Assembly (NCBI GenBank): GCA_048939245.1
Contig: JBHLPR010000020.1
Coordinates: 1 to 37,215 of the forward strand
Origin: Promethearchaeota archaeon
Lineage (GTDB): Archaea; Asgardarchaeota; Hermodarchaeia; Hermodarchaeales; Hermodarchaeaceae
Length of the DNA: 37,215 bases
Direction: 5' to 3'
Part shown: in pieces, positions 26,678 through 36,497 of the stretch
Layout of the letters: each line of letters starts with the position of its first letter
Numbering within the stretch: position 1 is the stretch's first letter
The notes under the pieces: model-generated
The model's input: only the letters and a program-made list of their open reading frames with translations
The model's database searches: none
What the model was told of the DNA's origin: nothing
Translations under genes and position numbers: made by a program

Positions 26678-28624
26678 TCACGTCTTGGCAGTGGGTTCGG
26701 TGGTTGTCCATTTCTCGGGGAGTGCAAGCGGCTTATACTCATACCCCGTGCCAGCGTAGAATTTTAGAAATGCCTCCACCCAGAGCAAACGCAGGCTGTG
26801 AATGAAAGAAAGGAGACCCTCCATGAGGAGGACGAAGACTGAGGCGAGGACGAGCATGGCAATAAGCATAACAATGAACATGGTTCCTTCTGTGGCTATT
26901 TGGTAGAGGATAGAATTGATTTCAGCTGCTGCGACACCGCCGATGAAGAGGAAGGTTTTGGCGAAGCCGGCGTGGGCCATGTTGAGGGCGAGTATTCGGG
27001 AGTAGCTGATGGTGTTGCTGATGCTTTCGATGAGTTTTTCGATGCCTTCCATGAATCCTTCCATGAAGCCAAAAACAACGATACCTCCGATGAACATGAT
27101 GACGGCGGGTAATATGAGGAAGAGGACCATGTCGATAAGGGGCCAGCTCATGAAGTTGATGCCATAGTTGAAGATCATGTAAGCGAGACCCCAGAGGAAG
27201 GCGAGCCAGATGATGGGACCAAAGATAGCGTGGCGAAAGTCGCGGTGGCGGAGCTTATTGATAGCACTAAAGCCGATGGCGATACTGAGGTGGATGAAAC
27301 CAATCATGATGCTGAGGACGAAGAGAATCCAGGTCGGACTGGCGATATAAGCAGGAAGAAGTTCAGGCATTTCAAAGGCACTGAACCAGATTTGAGTTGG
27401 ATGGCCATGGGCGCCGCTGGTGACGAGCCATTCGTTATAGGGGCTTTCCGCAAGGACGAACCAGTTGATGCCCCCCTCAAAGTCGAAGAAACGGAACAAA
27501 TTGAGTAGAACATCTCGCATTCCTGTTCCAAAGGGCGATACTTTGAGTTGTTGATATACATACACGCCACCCACTTGGAGACCGGCAATGTCAATGCCGA
27601 GAAACTCGGCGTATAAGACGCCAAAAAAGATAGACGATATGCCCAACATCATTAGGAGCCCTGAGCCCTGTATGAAGTAGTTGACCATCTCGCCGGCATC
27701 GATGTTCCGGCGCTTGGCAATGAACCCAAGGGATGAGAAAAATACAAGTAAGAGCCCATGGCCGATGTCACCGAACATAAGGCCAAAGAATAATGGTAGG
27801 CTGAGGAGGAGGAACCATGCTGGGTCGATTTCGGTATGGTGTGGGAGGCCGAAGGCGTTAGTGAGGATTTGGGCGCTTCTAGCCCAACGTGAGTTTTTTT
27901 GTTTGGTTGGTGGCGCCACGGGTTCTTCAGAGGTAATCGCACCTTCGAGGGGCCCTGTGTCCCCAGCGTAATGCTCGTGTTCGGGTTTGTCGATGTGCTT
28001 CTCAATGGTGAGGGCGACGGTGCCGTTTCCGTGTTTTTCTAGGATTTGGGTGAATTTTTTTTCTTTTTTGGTTGGAATCCATCCATACATGACATAGGTG
28101 CGATGTGTTTTGCCGAAGAGGGTTTTCGTTTCTTCGATTTGATGTTCTCGTTTGAGGAGTTCTTCCCACCCGAGCAACTCAAAACGTTTCTCTTCGGCGT
28201 AGGCTTCGATTTCTTTTTTCGTTGCCTTTTTGACCTTTTTGTCCCCAGCGGCTTCAGCAGCTTCGAACTTCTTGGTGAGGTCTGCGAAGTCATCTTCGAT
28301 GGCTTTGAGGTTCTTTTCCATTGCTTCGAAGTAAGTTTCATCGGGGATGTCAGGAACTTCAAGACGATTTTTGACTGATCCTCCCCGATACACTTTCATG
28401 TCTGTCATGAGGGAGGTGAGTCGAGTTAGTAGGTTGGAGAGGTAATAGAAACGTTCAGAGGCTTCAACTGGAGTGAGGGCTTTAAGGTGTTTTTTCTGAC
28501 TTTCTTTCACGTCGGAAAAGTGGACGAGCTCGGTGCTTGCCATAAGGCGCAAGGTTGCGTCCATGTCAGTGTCCAGTACCACGGCTGTGAGGTTACTCAT
28601 TTTCGCTGGGAGCATCGGAGCCAA
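26678..28624 (-). CDS. atpI: A-type ATP synthase subunit I (a)
   Basis: GWIP, PPT, EIDP, FFGLMFGDIGHG, SNTISYSRILAL (essential Arg), HSLRLLWVEAF..FY.G.G motifs. Confidence 0.96.
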   Translation of the reverse strand: MAPMLPAKMSNLTAVVLDTDMDATLRLMASTELVHFSDVKESQKKHLKALTPVEASERFYYLSNLLTRLTSLMTDMKVYRGGSVKNRLEVPDIPDETYFEAMEKNLKAIEDDFADLTKKFEAAEAAGDKKVKKATKKEIEAYAEEKRFELLGWEELLKREHQIEETKTLFGKTHRTYVMYGWIPTKKEKKFTQILEKHGNGTVALTIEKHIDKPEHEHYAGDTGPLEGAITSEEPVAPPTKQKNSRWARSAQILTNAFGLPHHTEIDPAWFLLLSLPLFFGLMFGDIGHGLLLVFFSSLGFIAKRRNIDAGEMVNYFIQGSGLLMMLGISSIFFGVLYAEFLGIDIAGLQVGGVYVYQQLKVSPFGTGMRDVLLNLFRFFDFEGGINWFVLAESPYNEWLVTSGAHGHPTQIWFSAFEMPELLPAYIASPTWILFVLSIMIGFIHLSIAIGFSAINKLRHRDFRHAIFGPIIWLAFLWGLAYMIFNYGINFMSWPLIDMVLFLILPAVIMFIGGIVVFGFMEGFMEGIEKLIESISNTISYSRILALNMAHAGFAKTFLFIGGVAAAEINSILYQIATEGTMFIVMLIAMLVLASVFVLLMEGLLSFIHSLRLLWVEAFLKFYAGTGYEYKPLALPEKWTTTEPTAKT

Positions 28625-28900
28625 TTCTTACACCATCGGTATGGTTGATTCGCTTCGGAGTAGAGGACAACAGTAACGGTTAGGTAAAAAAGGCTTCCTC
28701 TAGTTTGGGCTCTTGAGTTTGCCTAACCCACAACATTTATTTGCAGACTAGAAATCTATCACGGTTGGTGAACTGCCATGGGGTATTTAGTTTGCCTTCA
28801 TTAGCCCCTCGGTGACACCATATACCATCTCCTTTTCTGACCAAAGTCAATTATATTCAATTAATGGAAAGAAGAGTAAAGGTATAAACTCCATTGGGGG

Positions 28901-30400
28901 GTGGTTGTGGTGATTTCAGTGTCTCGTCGTCGAAAGTCGACAGATTTGTTGATTTATAATTCGTTGACTCGAAAGAAGGAGCGGTTTGTCCCACTTGAAC
29001 CAGGCAAGATTCGAATGTATACTTGCGGGTTGACTGTGAACTATCTAATGCATGTTGGGCATGCCCGAACCTATATCATCTGGGATGTGGTAGAGCGATT
29101 TCTAGAATATCTAGGGTATGAGGTGCGACATGTTTCGAACATCACTGATATCAGCGTAGATGACAACATCTTGAAACGTGTTCGAGTAAGTGGTGAAGCC
29201 TTTCAGCAACTTACCACAAGGCATACTAAGGACTACTACAAGGATCGTTACAGCTTGGGGATCCGGGATCCGTATACGTATGCTATTGCCACTCAGCATA
29301 TCCAGGAGATGATTGAATTGGTGCAACGTCTCTTGGATGGAGGCTTTGCGTACATCGCGGATGATGGTGTCTACTTCCGCATCGCAGCGTTTCCGCGGTA
29401 TGGACAGTTGTCAGGTTTGGATCCCATGAAGCTCCGACCTGGCGCCGGTGGGCGTATCGATATGGATGAATACGATAAGGAACAAGTGGGGGACTTTGTG
29501 CTCTGGAAACGGGCAAAGCCTGGTGAACCCTTTTGGCATAGTCCTTGGGGGCCGGGACGACCTGGGTGGCATATTGAATGCAGCGCGATGTCCATGAAAT
29601 ATCTGGGTGAAAGTATCGATATCTCCGGTGGTGGTGAAGATAATCTCTTTCCCCATCACGAGAACGCCATTGCGCAAAGTGAAGCGGCAACAGGTTTGCC
29701 CTATGTCCGATATTGGATGCATGTCCGTCACCTGAATTTGGGAACCGAAAAAATGTCAAAGTCGACAGGGAACTTTCTCACAGTCCAAGATGCCATCGAC
29801 CAATATGATGCAGCTGCTCTTCGGCTGTTCTTGTTGTCCACACATTACCGAAAACCCATCACCTTTACATCTGATGGACTTGACCGAGCGAGTCACCAGA
29901 TTGAGCGACTACAGCAGATACTGAGCAGATTCCACACCCTTGCATCAACGGTTTCCGATGACGTGAAACCCCTAGACACTGAAAATCAGAGGATTCTACA
30001 GGAGACACGTAATCGGGTTGAACAGGCATTATTAGATGATTTCAATACGGGACGGGCCATCAATCACATCTTCCAGTTTGTCAATCAACTCCAAGGATTG
30101 CTTGAAGCCGATGAAATCATGACTCGGGAAATGATTAACTCCGTGCTCCGATTTTTCCAGGATGTGGGGAGGATTGTGTTCGGGAGCCTTTATGAGGGGC
30201 TTATTCTTCCTCGTGTGGATCCTATTGTGTCTGCACTGATTGACCAGTTGTTGGCGGAACGTGCGAGGTTACGTAAGGTCAAAGACTATGAGCAAGCGGA
30301 TGCGATTCGGACGGCTTTGCTTCGAATGGGATTTGAAATTATGGATTCAAAGACGGGGACTGCTTGGTGGACTAGGTCCGTGAAGCACAAAGAAAAATGA
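28901..30400 (+). CDS. cysS: Cysteine--tRNA ligase
   Basis: MYTCG, HVGHAR, DFVLWK, GRPGWHIECSAM, FPHHEN, KMSKS, ADAIR. True start may be GTG 28919. Confidence 0.97.
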   Translation: MVVVISVSRRRKSTDLLIYNSLTRKKERFVPLEPGKIRMYTCGLTVNYLMHVGHARTYIIWDVVERFLEYLGYEVRHVSNITDISVDDNILKRVRVSGEAFQQLTTRHTKDYYKDRYSLGIRDPYTYAIATQHIQEMIELVQRLLDGGFAYIADDGVYFRIAAFPRYGQLSGLDPMKLRPGAGGRIDMDEYDKEQVGDFVLWKRAKPGEPFWHSPWGPGRPGWHIECSAMSMKYLGESIDISGGGEDNLFPHHENAIAQSEAATGLPYVRYWMHVRHLNLGTEKMSKSTGNFLTVQDAIDQYDAAALRLFLLSTHYRKPITFTSDGLDRASHQIERLQQILSRFHTLASTVSDDVKPLDTENQRILQETRNRVEQALLDDFNTGRAINHIFQFVNQLQGLLEADEIMTREMINSVLRFFQDVGRIVFGSLYEGLILPRVDPIVSALIDQLLAERARLRKVKDYEQADAIRTALLRMGFEIMDSKTGTAWWTRSVKHKEK

Positions 30401-30439
30401 AAAGGCGTTCTCAGGGAAATTTTAGACGCCTGCATGTAC

Positions 30440-32074
30440 TTATGGTGGGAGCAGTTGGAGTGCGCCATAGGCTGCTTGGGTTGCGAAGTCAATGAAGATG
30501 CTGGGGAAGAGACCGAAGAGGATAATGAAGACCATCATAACCCCAATGACGAATAGAAAGAGCCAGTGTGGGCGTTCGGCAGTAGCAGCCTCGGGGCTTG
30601 GTTCTGCGAAGAGAAGAATTTGTATCATTCGCAAGTAATAGACGACGCTGAAGGCGCTCATCAACACCATGATGATTGATGCTAGATAGGTTTGGGCGAT
30701 GATGGAGCCCCAGATGATGTAGAATTTACTGTAGAACCCAACCAGTGGCGGGACGCCAGCGAGAGAAAGAGCTGCGATGGTGAAGCAGAACATTACGAAG
30801 GGCATTCGACGGCCAATGCCTTGGAGTTTGTCAAAGTCACGGGTTCCGATTTGGTGTAGGAAAATGCCTGCGATTAAGAAGAGCATGCCCTTTGCCAGCA
30901 TATGGCTGAAGATATGTGCCAGACTTCCTGTCACTGAGTATAGGAGTGCGCTATCCACGGAGGCTGAAGTGGGGAGCCAAAGGGTTAGGGGCATTAGCGC
31001 AATGCTGAACCCGAAGATTATGTATCCCACATTCACAATGGTGGAGAAGGCAAGAAGGCGTTTCAGATCTTTTTGTGTGAGAGCCATTAGGTTCCCATAG
31101 ATCATGGTAAATAGGGCGAACCAACTGAGCACAACTCCATAATAGATGAAGACAGCCGGATCATAGAAGAGCACGAGTAATCGGATAATTGCATAAGCTC
31201 CTGTCATGATGACCACGCCGCTAAGCATGGCGCTAATCCCACTGGGAGCAGCCGGATGGGCATCGGGAAGCCAAGTACAGAGAGGTGCAATTGCCGCTTT
31301 GACACCAAACCCAATAATTAATCCTACGATGGTGAAGATGAGGACACCATAGATAGGTGAGCTAGCTGCAGGTGGACCAGCGAGTAGAGCAGTGATAGCC
31401 ACCCCTATTTCATAGAGATTGATGGTGCCTGTTAATCCATAGAGAATGGACATGGTGAAGAGTATCAATGTGGACCCGACTGCGCTTAGTAAGAGATATT
31501 TGATTCCAGCTTCGAGCGGTTCGGCTTCATCGCGGCGGAAGGCAACGAGGACATAACTGCTGATTGACATGGTTTCCCACAGGATGAACAATGTGAAGAA
31601 GTCTCCAGCAAAAATAACCCCAATCATTCCACCGATTAATGTGAGGAGAAGCGCATAATAGAGTGGGATGCGTGTGTCATGTTCCATGTATTTGATAGAG
31701 TAAAGGGAAACGAAGAAGGCAAGAAAGAGGAAAATGACGGCCATATAGACGGTGAGTAAGTCGATACGGAAGAAGGTGGCTCCAGTTGCGGCATCATAGG
31801 CGCCGAGTGGCCAATACCAGATATCGATTGGAGCCCAGCCATTGTGAAAGAGTTGCCAGTAAAGACCATAGGTTGAACCCAGGGGTCCCAAGTCTATGAG
31901 GATGGGCGAAAGTACGAAGACTAAGCTGATGAGAAAGAAGACGGCGGCGAGGATGCCTAATATTGTCTTACGACGATCTTGCCAGAATTTTCCAAGAAGT
32001 GCTATGATAAGTGCTCCGACGAAGGGTAGCCAGAGGGGGATGAGTTGAATCCATTCTATCGGTCCGATTGCCAT
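30440..32074 (-). CDS. nuoN: Antiporter-like subunit, NuoN/MrpD type
   Basis: WETMSISSY.LV, EAGIKY, GVKAAIAP...WLPDAHPAAPS, KRLLAFS, GVPPLVGFYSK motifs; last gene of the J-K-L-M-N run. Confidence 0.8.
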   Translation of the reverse strand: MAIGPIEWIQLIPLWLPFVGALIIALLGKFWQDRRKTILGILAAVFFLISLVFVLSPILIDLGPLGSTYGLYWQLFHNGWAPIDIWYWPLGAYDAATGATFFRIDLLTVYMAVIFLFLAFFVSLYSIKYMEHDTRIPLYYALLLTLIGGMIGVIFAGDFFTLFILWETMSISSYVLVAFRRDEAEPLEAGIKYLLLSAVGSTLILFTMSILYGLTGTINLYEIGVAITALLAGPPAASSPIYGVLIFTIVGLIIGFGVKAAIAPLCTWLPDAHPAAPSGISAMLSGVVIMTGAYAIIRLLVLFYDPAVFIYYGVVLSWFALFTMIYGNLMALTQKDLKRLLAFSTIVNVGYIIFGFSIALMPLTLWLPTSASVDSALLYSVTGSLAHIFSHMLAKGMLFLIAGIFLHQIGTRDFDKLQGIGRRMPFVMFCFTIAALSLAGVPPLVGFYSKFYIIWGSIIAQTYLASIIMVLMSAFSVVYYLRMIQILLFAEPSPEAATAERPHWLFLFVIGVMMVFIILFGLFPSIFIDFATQAAYGALQLLPP

Positions 32075-32090
32075 CTTTTTTCAGCCTCCA

Positions 32091-33650
32091 TTATGGGGGA
32101 ACAAGGGGAAACCCTGGTGGATACCAGGGGAATTGTTGTGTTAACGCAACGAAGATTGGGTTTACCACAAGCATCGGCCAGATACCGATGATAATGATAA
32201 ATGCTGCAAGTAGAGTCATGGAGAGTCGCATCGTCCAGGGACTCTCGGTGATTTGTTCCATATCCGCTGGCGTTTCACCGAAGAAAACGCGTTTAATGAA
32301 CCACAGGATGTAAGCCGCTGTCAAGGCAGAGCCGGCTACACCGAGTATCACCAACCATACACTGTAAGCAAAGGCAGCTCCAGCAAAGATGAAGAATTCG
32401 GAGAAGAAGCCAGCAAGTGGTGGTGTACCTGCGATGCTTAATCCAGCGATGAGCGCAATAGTCGCGGTCCATGGCATCTTTCTCGCTAGACCTCCTAAAG
32501 CGTTGATATCTCGGCCACGTTGATGTCCTACTTGGACGATGAGGACACCGGCGACCATAAACAAGAGCCCTTTACCCAGAGCGTGGGTAAAGATATGGAA
32601 GGCAGCCCCTGTAACACCGAGTAGAACTGCGGTTCCTAGCCCAAAGAAGATGTAGCCCATCTGGGAGATGGAGGAGTATGCAAAGAGGCGTTTGGTATCC
32701 TTTTGGGCAAGCGCCATCACGCCACCGTAGAACATGGTCACAATACCAAAGATCAGAATTACCATGACAAAGGTTCCGAATGCGGGGAGCATATAGCCCA
32801 TTAAAATTCGCACAATCGCATACGCAGCGGTGGCTATCATAACACCAGATAAGATTGCACTGATGGGTGTCGGGGCTTCAGCGTGAGCATCAGGAAGCCA
32901 CGAGTGGATTGGAAAGATTGCCATTTTCACGGCAAATCCGATGGTAAGGAGAACCACCAGAATCTTTGCGATTTCAAAGAATGGCGCTGTGAGAATTGAG
33001 GGGATTCCACCTGGCCAAATCCAGCTCAAATCAATATAGGGAATTCCACCCCCGAAGTTGTATAGATTTAGGGTGGCAACACCATTGTAGGCAGAGAGGG
33101 CATACATGCCAGCGATGCCTATGATGATGAGAACAGCACCAACGTGGGTATAGATGAAGTACTTCAGAGCGATGTTCGTGGATTGGGGTTTGGTGCCCCA
33201 TTCAGCGATTAGGAAGTAGCTGGGGATAAGCATGAGTTCCCAGAAGACATAGAACTGGAAGAGGTTGGTTGCGATGACAACACCAAAGATTCCTGCATTG
33301 TATAAGAGCAGTAAGGCGTAGTATTTTCCGTGTCCATGTTCTTTCTGCATGTAGACGAGTGAATAGATAGTTGCAGCTAGGGTGAGGAGGATGACGATGC
33401 CCGCCACCGTTACGCTTAGCCCATCTAAGAGCCACCCAAAGACAAAGGGTCCCCAAACGAATGGTTCTGCATAGACACCGTTTAACATGAATTCCCACCA
33501 GGCTAGAATGAAAGTGACTAGGCTAGCAAGCATGATGAGAACAGCGAAAATTCCAGCGTATCGTCCGTTCCGTCGTCCAATTAGATAAGCGATGAGAGAG
33601 CCAATTGTCATGAGCAACACAGTGATTGTGAGCCAGGGTAAGAGCGCCAT
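32091..33650 (-). CDS. nuoM: Complex I-like subunit M
   Basis: FYVFWELMLIPSYFLI, KYFIYT, AVKMAIFPIHSWLPDAHAEAPTP, AYSSISQMG, GFFSEF motifs. Confidence 0.9.
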   Translation of the reverse strand: MALLPWLTITVLLMTIGSLIAYLIGRRNGRYAGIFAVLIMLASLVTFILAWWEFMLNGVYAEPFVWGPFVFGWLLDGLSVTVAGIVILLTLAATIYSLVYMQKEHGHGKYYALLLLYNAGIFGVVIATNLFQFYVFWELMLIPSYFLIAEWGTKPQSTNIALKYFIYTHVGAVLIIIGIAGMYALSAYNGVATLNLYNFGGGIPYIDLSWIWPGGIPSILTAPFFEIAKILVVLLTIGFAVKMAIFPIHSWLPDAHAEAPTPISAILSGVMIATAAYAIVRILMGYMLPAFGTFVMVILIFGIVTMFYGGVMALAQKDTKRLFAYSSISQMGYIFFGLGTAVLLGVTGAAFHIFTHALGKGLLFMVAGVLIVQVGHQRGRDINALGGLARKMPWTATIALIAGLSIAGTPPLAGFFSEFFIFAGAAFAYSVWLVILGVAGSALTAAYILWFIKRVFFGETPADMEQITESPWTMRLSMTLLAAFIIIIGIWPMLVVNPIFVALTQQFPWYPPGFPLVPP

Positions 33651-33661
33651 CTTGAATCACC

Positions 33662-35827
33662 TCAGGGTAGGAAGGGAATAGGTAAGAGCAGTACGCCTCC
33701 AATGAACTGAAACAGGATCAGGAGGAGGATGAGGACTAAGGCACCGATGAGCAGCAGAATCATGTTCCAACTGTGGACACCGGTTTGAATTCGACGCCAC
33801 CGACGGCTCAATCCCATTGAGCCATCAGCGATTAGGTAATTTGCACCTTCAATGCCTTTGAGTTCGACCTTGTCGAATAGTTCTCGAGCGAAGGCTAAGC
33901 CTCCGTCAATGAAGACTTTGTAGAGGAAGGCATTCCAATACCAGCGTTTGTAGAGGAATTTATACAAGCCACCTAGAGCACCCCTTCCCACGAAGTCAGG
34001 ATTCCAGCTTCGACGGATGTAGAACATGTAACCAAGGAATCCACCAATTAAAACAATCAACAGCGAGATGTAGAATGTTGGAGATTGAATGAGGTGCACA
34101 AACATGTGAATGTATTCTTCTACTAATGTTGCTAGGTGGGGTGGATTGGGAATCAGAGTATACTGAACATCCCAGAAAGAATAGAAGAATTGTTTAAACA
34201 CAGGTTCGAGGAAGCCAACTACAATTGTGGCAATAGCAAGAATTGCCAGGGGAACCCACATCACTGCAGGGGGATCATGTGCGGGTTTGCCTTCTGCTTC
34301 AAGATCACGGACATTTTTGCTTGGGTCACCGTAGAAGGTGAGACCAAACATGCGGAAGGCATAGAAGATAGTCATCACAGCGGTAAAAGCACCAAAGAAT
34401 AGGAATATCCAGCCCCATGGACTGCCCGCCATGCCTAGTTCATAGGCAGAAGTTAGGATGAGTTCTTTACTCCAGAAAGCTCCGATGAAGGGAAAGCCAC
34501 CCAGAGAGAGGACACCAATGAGCATTACGAGCCAAGTGATTGGCATGAGTTTACGGAGGCCGCCCATATCATTCATGTATTTACTGTGAACGGCATGGAG
34601 TACTGCACCCGCGGAGAGGAAGAGTAATGCTTTGAAGACTGCATGGGCTGCGAGATGAAAGACCCCAGCGGTATAACCGAGAACCCCGTCTGCGGCGAAA
34701 GCGAAGATTCCAAGTGCCATGAACATGTAACCCAATTGGCTAATAGTGCTAAATGCAAGGACTTTTTTCAATTCATTTGAGACTAACGCCATTGTAGCTG
34801 TCATGAAGGATGTGAACATTCCAATAACGGCAATGATGAGGAAGAAGTTACTCAGAACAACAGCTGCAATCGTTGCACTAGCAGCAAAAAAGCCTGAAAC
34901 TAAAATCGGTGCCATGCGAGCGACCAAATAGACACCAGCTTTCACCATTGCGGCAGCATGGATAAGAGCCGATACGGTGGTTGGTCCAGCCATGGCTTCG
35001 GGAAGCCAGATCTGCAATGGGAATTGAGCGCTTTTGCCAACGGGCCCGAGGAAGAAGAGTAGAAATACACCAAACAGGAGAACTCCGTTCAAAATGGAAG
35101 CCATGTTGAAGAGCCAATTAAAATCAGAGAGTAGAACCTGATAGTTGAGAGTCGGAGTACCTGCAGATACGGTGAAGAAGAAAATAAAGATAATCGAAAT
35201 GAGTAAGCCGACATCGCCGACCCGGGTGACGATGAATGCCTTCATTCCGCAATGTGAATTGTATTTCCCTTCAGTAAGGTCACCCAACTGATCATCATGC
35301 ATCATGTTGGATCGATTATACCAGAAGCCAATCAAGGCATAGGAGCAGAGTCCAACAATTTCCCAACCGATGAATGTGACAAAAAGGGTGTTAGCCATTA
35401 CCAGAAGTGTCATACCGCCGATGAATAGTTGCATGAAGAACCAATAGCGGGTAAGTGAAGTGTCGCCGTCCATATAGCCTAAGCTGTAGACGAGAATGAG
35501 AAAGCCGAGACCAGTGGCGACACAAGACATGAATACTGAGAGCGGGTCAACGAGCATTCCAAACTGAATTGTACCAATGATGGGGATGGTCAACCAGTTA
35601 ATCGAGGTTTCATACCAGAGCAACCACGGTTCTGCTCCTGTTCCCCCGATCCATGTTGCACCAGCCCAAATGAATGGAAGCATGGATAAGGCCATGACTA
35701 AGCCTAATCCACCGAAGATGACAGCTCCGATGTCACGAAGGCGTGGATGAATTTTTGCAAAAATTGGTGTAAGGAAAGCCCCAATGATTGGGAATAACCA
35801 GCAAAACCAAGCAGCGTAAGGAAGCAT
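33662..35827 (-). CDS. nuoL: Complex I-like subunit L
   Basis: GWEIVGLCSYALIGFW, KAFIVTRVGD, GKSAQFPL..WLPEAMAGPT.VSALIHAA.MV, HAVFKALLFL, SKE; C-terminal lateral helix with QTG. Confidence 0.93.
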   Translation of the reverse strand: MLPYAAWFCWLFPIIGAFLTPIFAKIHPRLRDIGAVIFGGLGLVMALSMLPFIWAGATWIGGTGAEPWLLWYETSINWLTIPIIGTIQFGMLVDPLSVFMSCVATGLGFLILVYSLGYMDGDTSLTRYWFFMQLFIGGMTLLVMANTLFVTFIGWEIVGLCSYALIGFWYNRSNMMHDDQLGDLTEGKYNSHCGMKAFIVTRVGDVGLLISIIFIFFFTVSAGTPTLNYQVLLSDFNWLFNMASILNGVLLFGVFLLFFLGPVGKSAQFPLQIWLPEAMAGPTTVSALIHAAAMVKAGVYLVARMAPILVSGFFAASATIAAVVLSNFFLIIAVIGMFTSFMTATMALVSNELKKVLAFSTISQLGYMFMALGIFAFAADGVLGYTAGVFHLAAHAVFKALLFLSAGAVLHAVHSKYMNDMGGLRKLMPITWLVMLIGVLSLGGFPFIGAFWSKELILTSAYELGMAGSPWGWIFLFFGAFTAVMTIFYAFRMFGLTFYGDPSKNVRDLEAEGKPAHDPPAVMWVPLAILAIATIVVGFLEPVFKQFFYSFWDVQYTLIPNPPHLATLVEEYIHMFVHLIQSPTFYISLLIVLIGGFLGYMFYIRRSWNPDFVGRGALGGLYKFLYKRWYWNAFLYKVFIDGGLAFARELFDKVELKGIEGANYLIADGSMGLSRRWRRIQTGVHSWNMILLLIGALVLILLLILFQFIGGVLLLPIPFLP

Positions 35828-35846
35828 TTTTCTTTTTCACCCCAAG

Positions 35847-36182
35847 TTAATGTCGCAGTTTGTTGAGTTTTCGGATATCGAGGGTTCCGAATTTATTGTA
35901 AGCTCGAATGATGAATGCCAAGGCAATTGCGATGATACCACCACCAATAGAGATACTAGCGATGACAATCGCCTGAGCCATCAAGTCAATGTAAAAGCCC
36001 GACCAAGCTGTAGAGAATACAATGAAATTCAAATGAGCTCCGTCGAGTAATAATTCCAGAGCGATGAGGAATTTAATCATGTTGCGTTTGGTAGCCATAC
36101 CATAAATACCGACAGCATACAGTAAGACGGCTAAGATCAGAAACGCTTCGAGTGGAACACCTAAGATTTCAAGAAAAGACAT
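35847..36182 (-). CDS. nuoK: Complex I-like subunit K
   Basis: Three TMs; GIYG..TKRN.IK.LIALELL; C-terminal FGTLDIRKLNKLR. Confidence 0.88.
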   Translation of the reverse strand: MSFLEILGVPLEAFLILAVLLYAVGIYGMATKRNMIKFLIALELLLDGAHLNFIVFSTAWSGFYIDLMAQAIVIASISIGGGIIAIALAFIIRAYNKFGTLDIRKLNKLRH

Positions 36183-36188
36183 TTTCTC

Positions 36189-36497
36189 CTACTCCTTCCC
36201 CTCAGTTTCTGTAGGTTTTTTCGTCACTTCATAGAAGAATGCGGAACTAGCTAATGCCGCCGCAAACAAGAACACGCCTAACAAGGCCATATCTAAACCC
36301 CGATAATGCCATAGCATATTACCCAAAGACTGAATCATGACATACACGTTCTCCGGTGTCGCAAAAAACCGAGTCGCAAACGCCGCAGGGTCAAGAAGAC
36401 TGGGATCCAAATACAAACTGGTAGCCATAGCAATCACATAGGCTGCAACCACTCCAAACATCAAAGTAAGTATAAAACCAATAACTTTGATTTTCAT
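36189..36497 (-). CDS. Complex I-like subunit J, C-terminal half (with MnhB-like YRGLD motif)
   Basis: Two TMs; SLGNMLWHYRGLDMALLGVFLFAAAL; located between the J N-terminal half and K. Confidence 0.65.
   Translation of the reverse strand: MKIKVIGFILTLMFGVVAAYVIAMATSLYLDPSLLDPAAFATRFFATPENVYVMIQSLGNMLWHYRGLDMALLGVFLFAAALASSAFFYEVTKKPTETEGKE

Noticed and set aside
26673-26711. ORF-track N-terminal extension of atpK (MDNHRTHCQDVIA)
   Set aside because: It overlaps the end of atpI; the ATG at 26672 just after the atpI stop is the more plausible start.
30403-30431. AGGCGT...ACGCCT stem between convergent cysS and nuoN
   Set aside because: Only 6 bp with a long loop; too weak to call a terminator.
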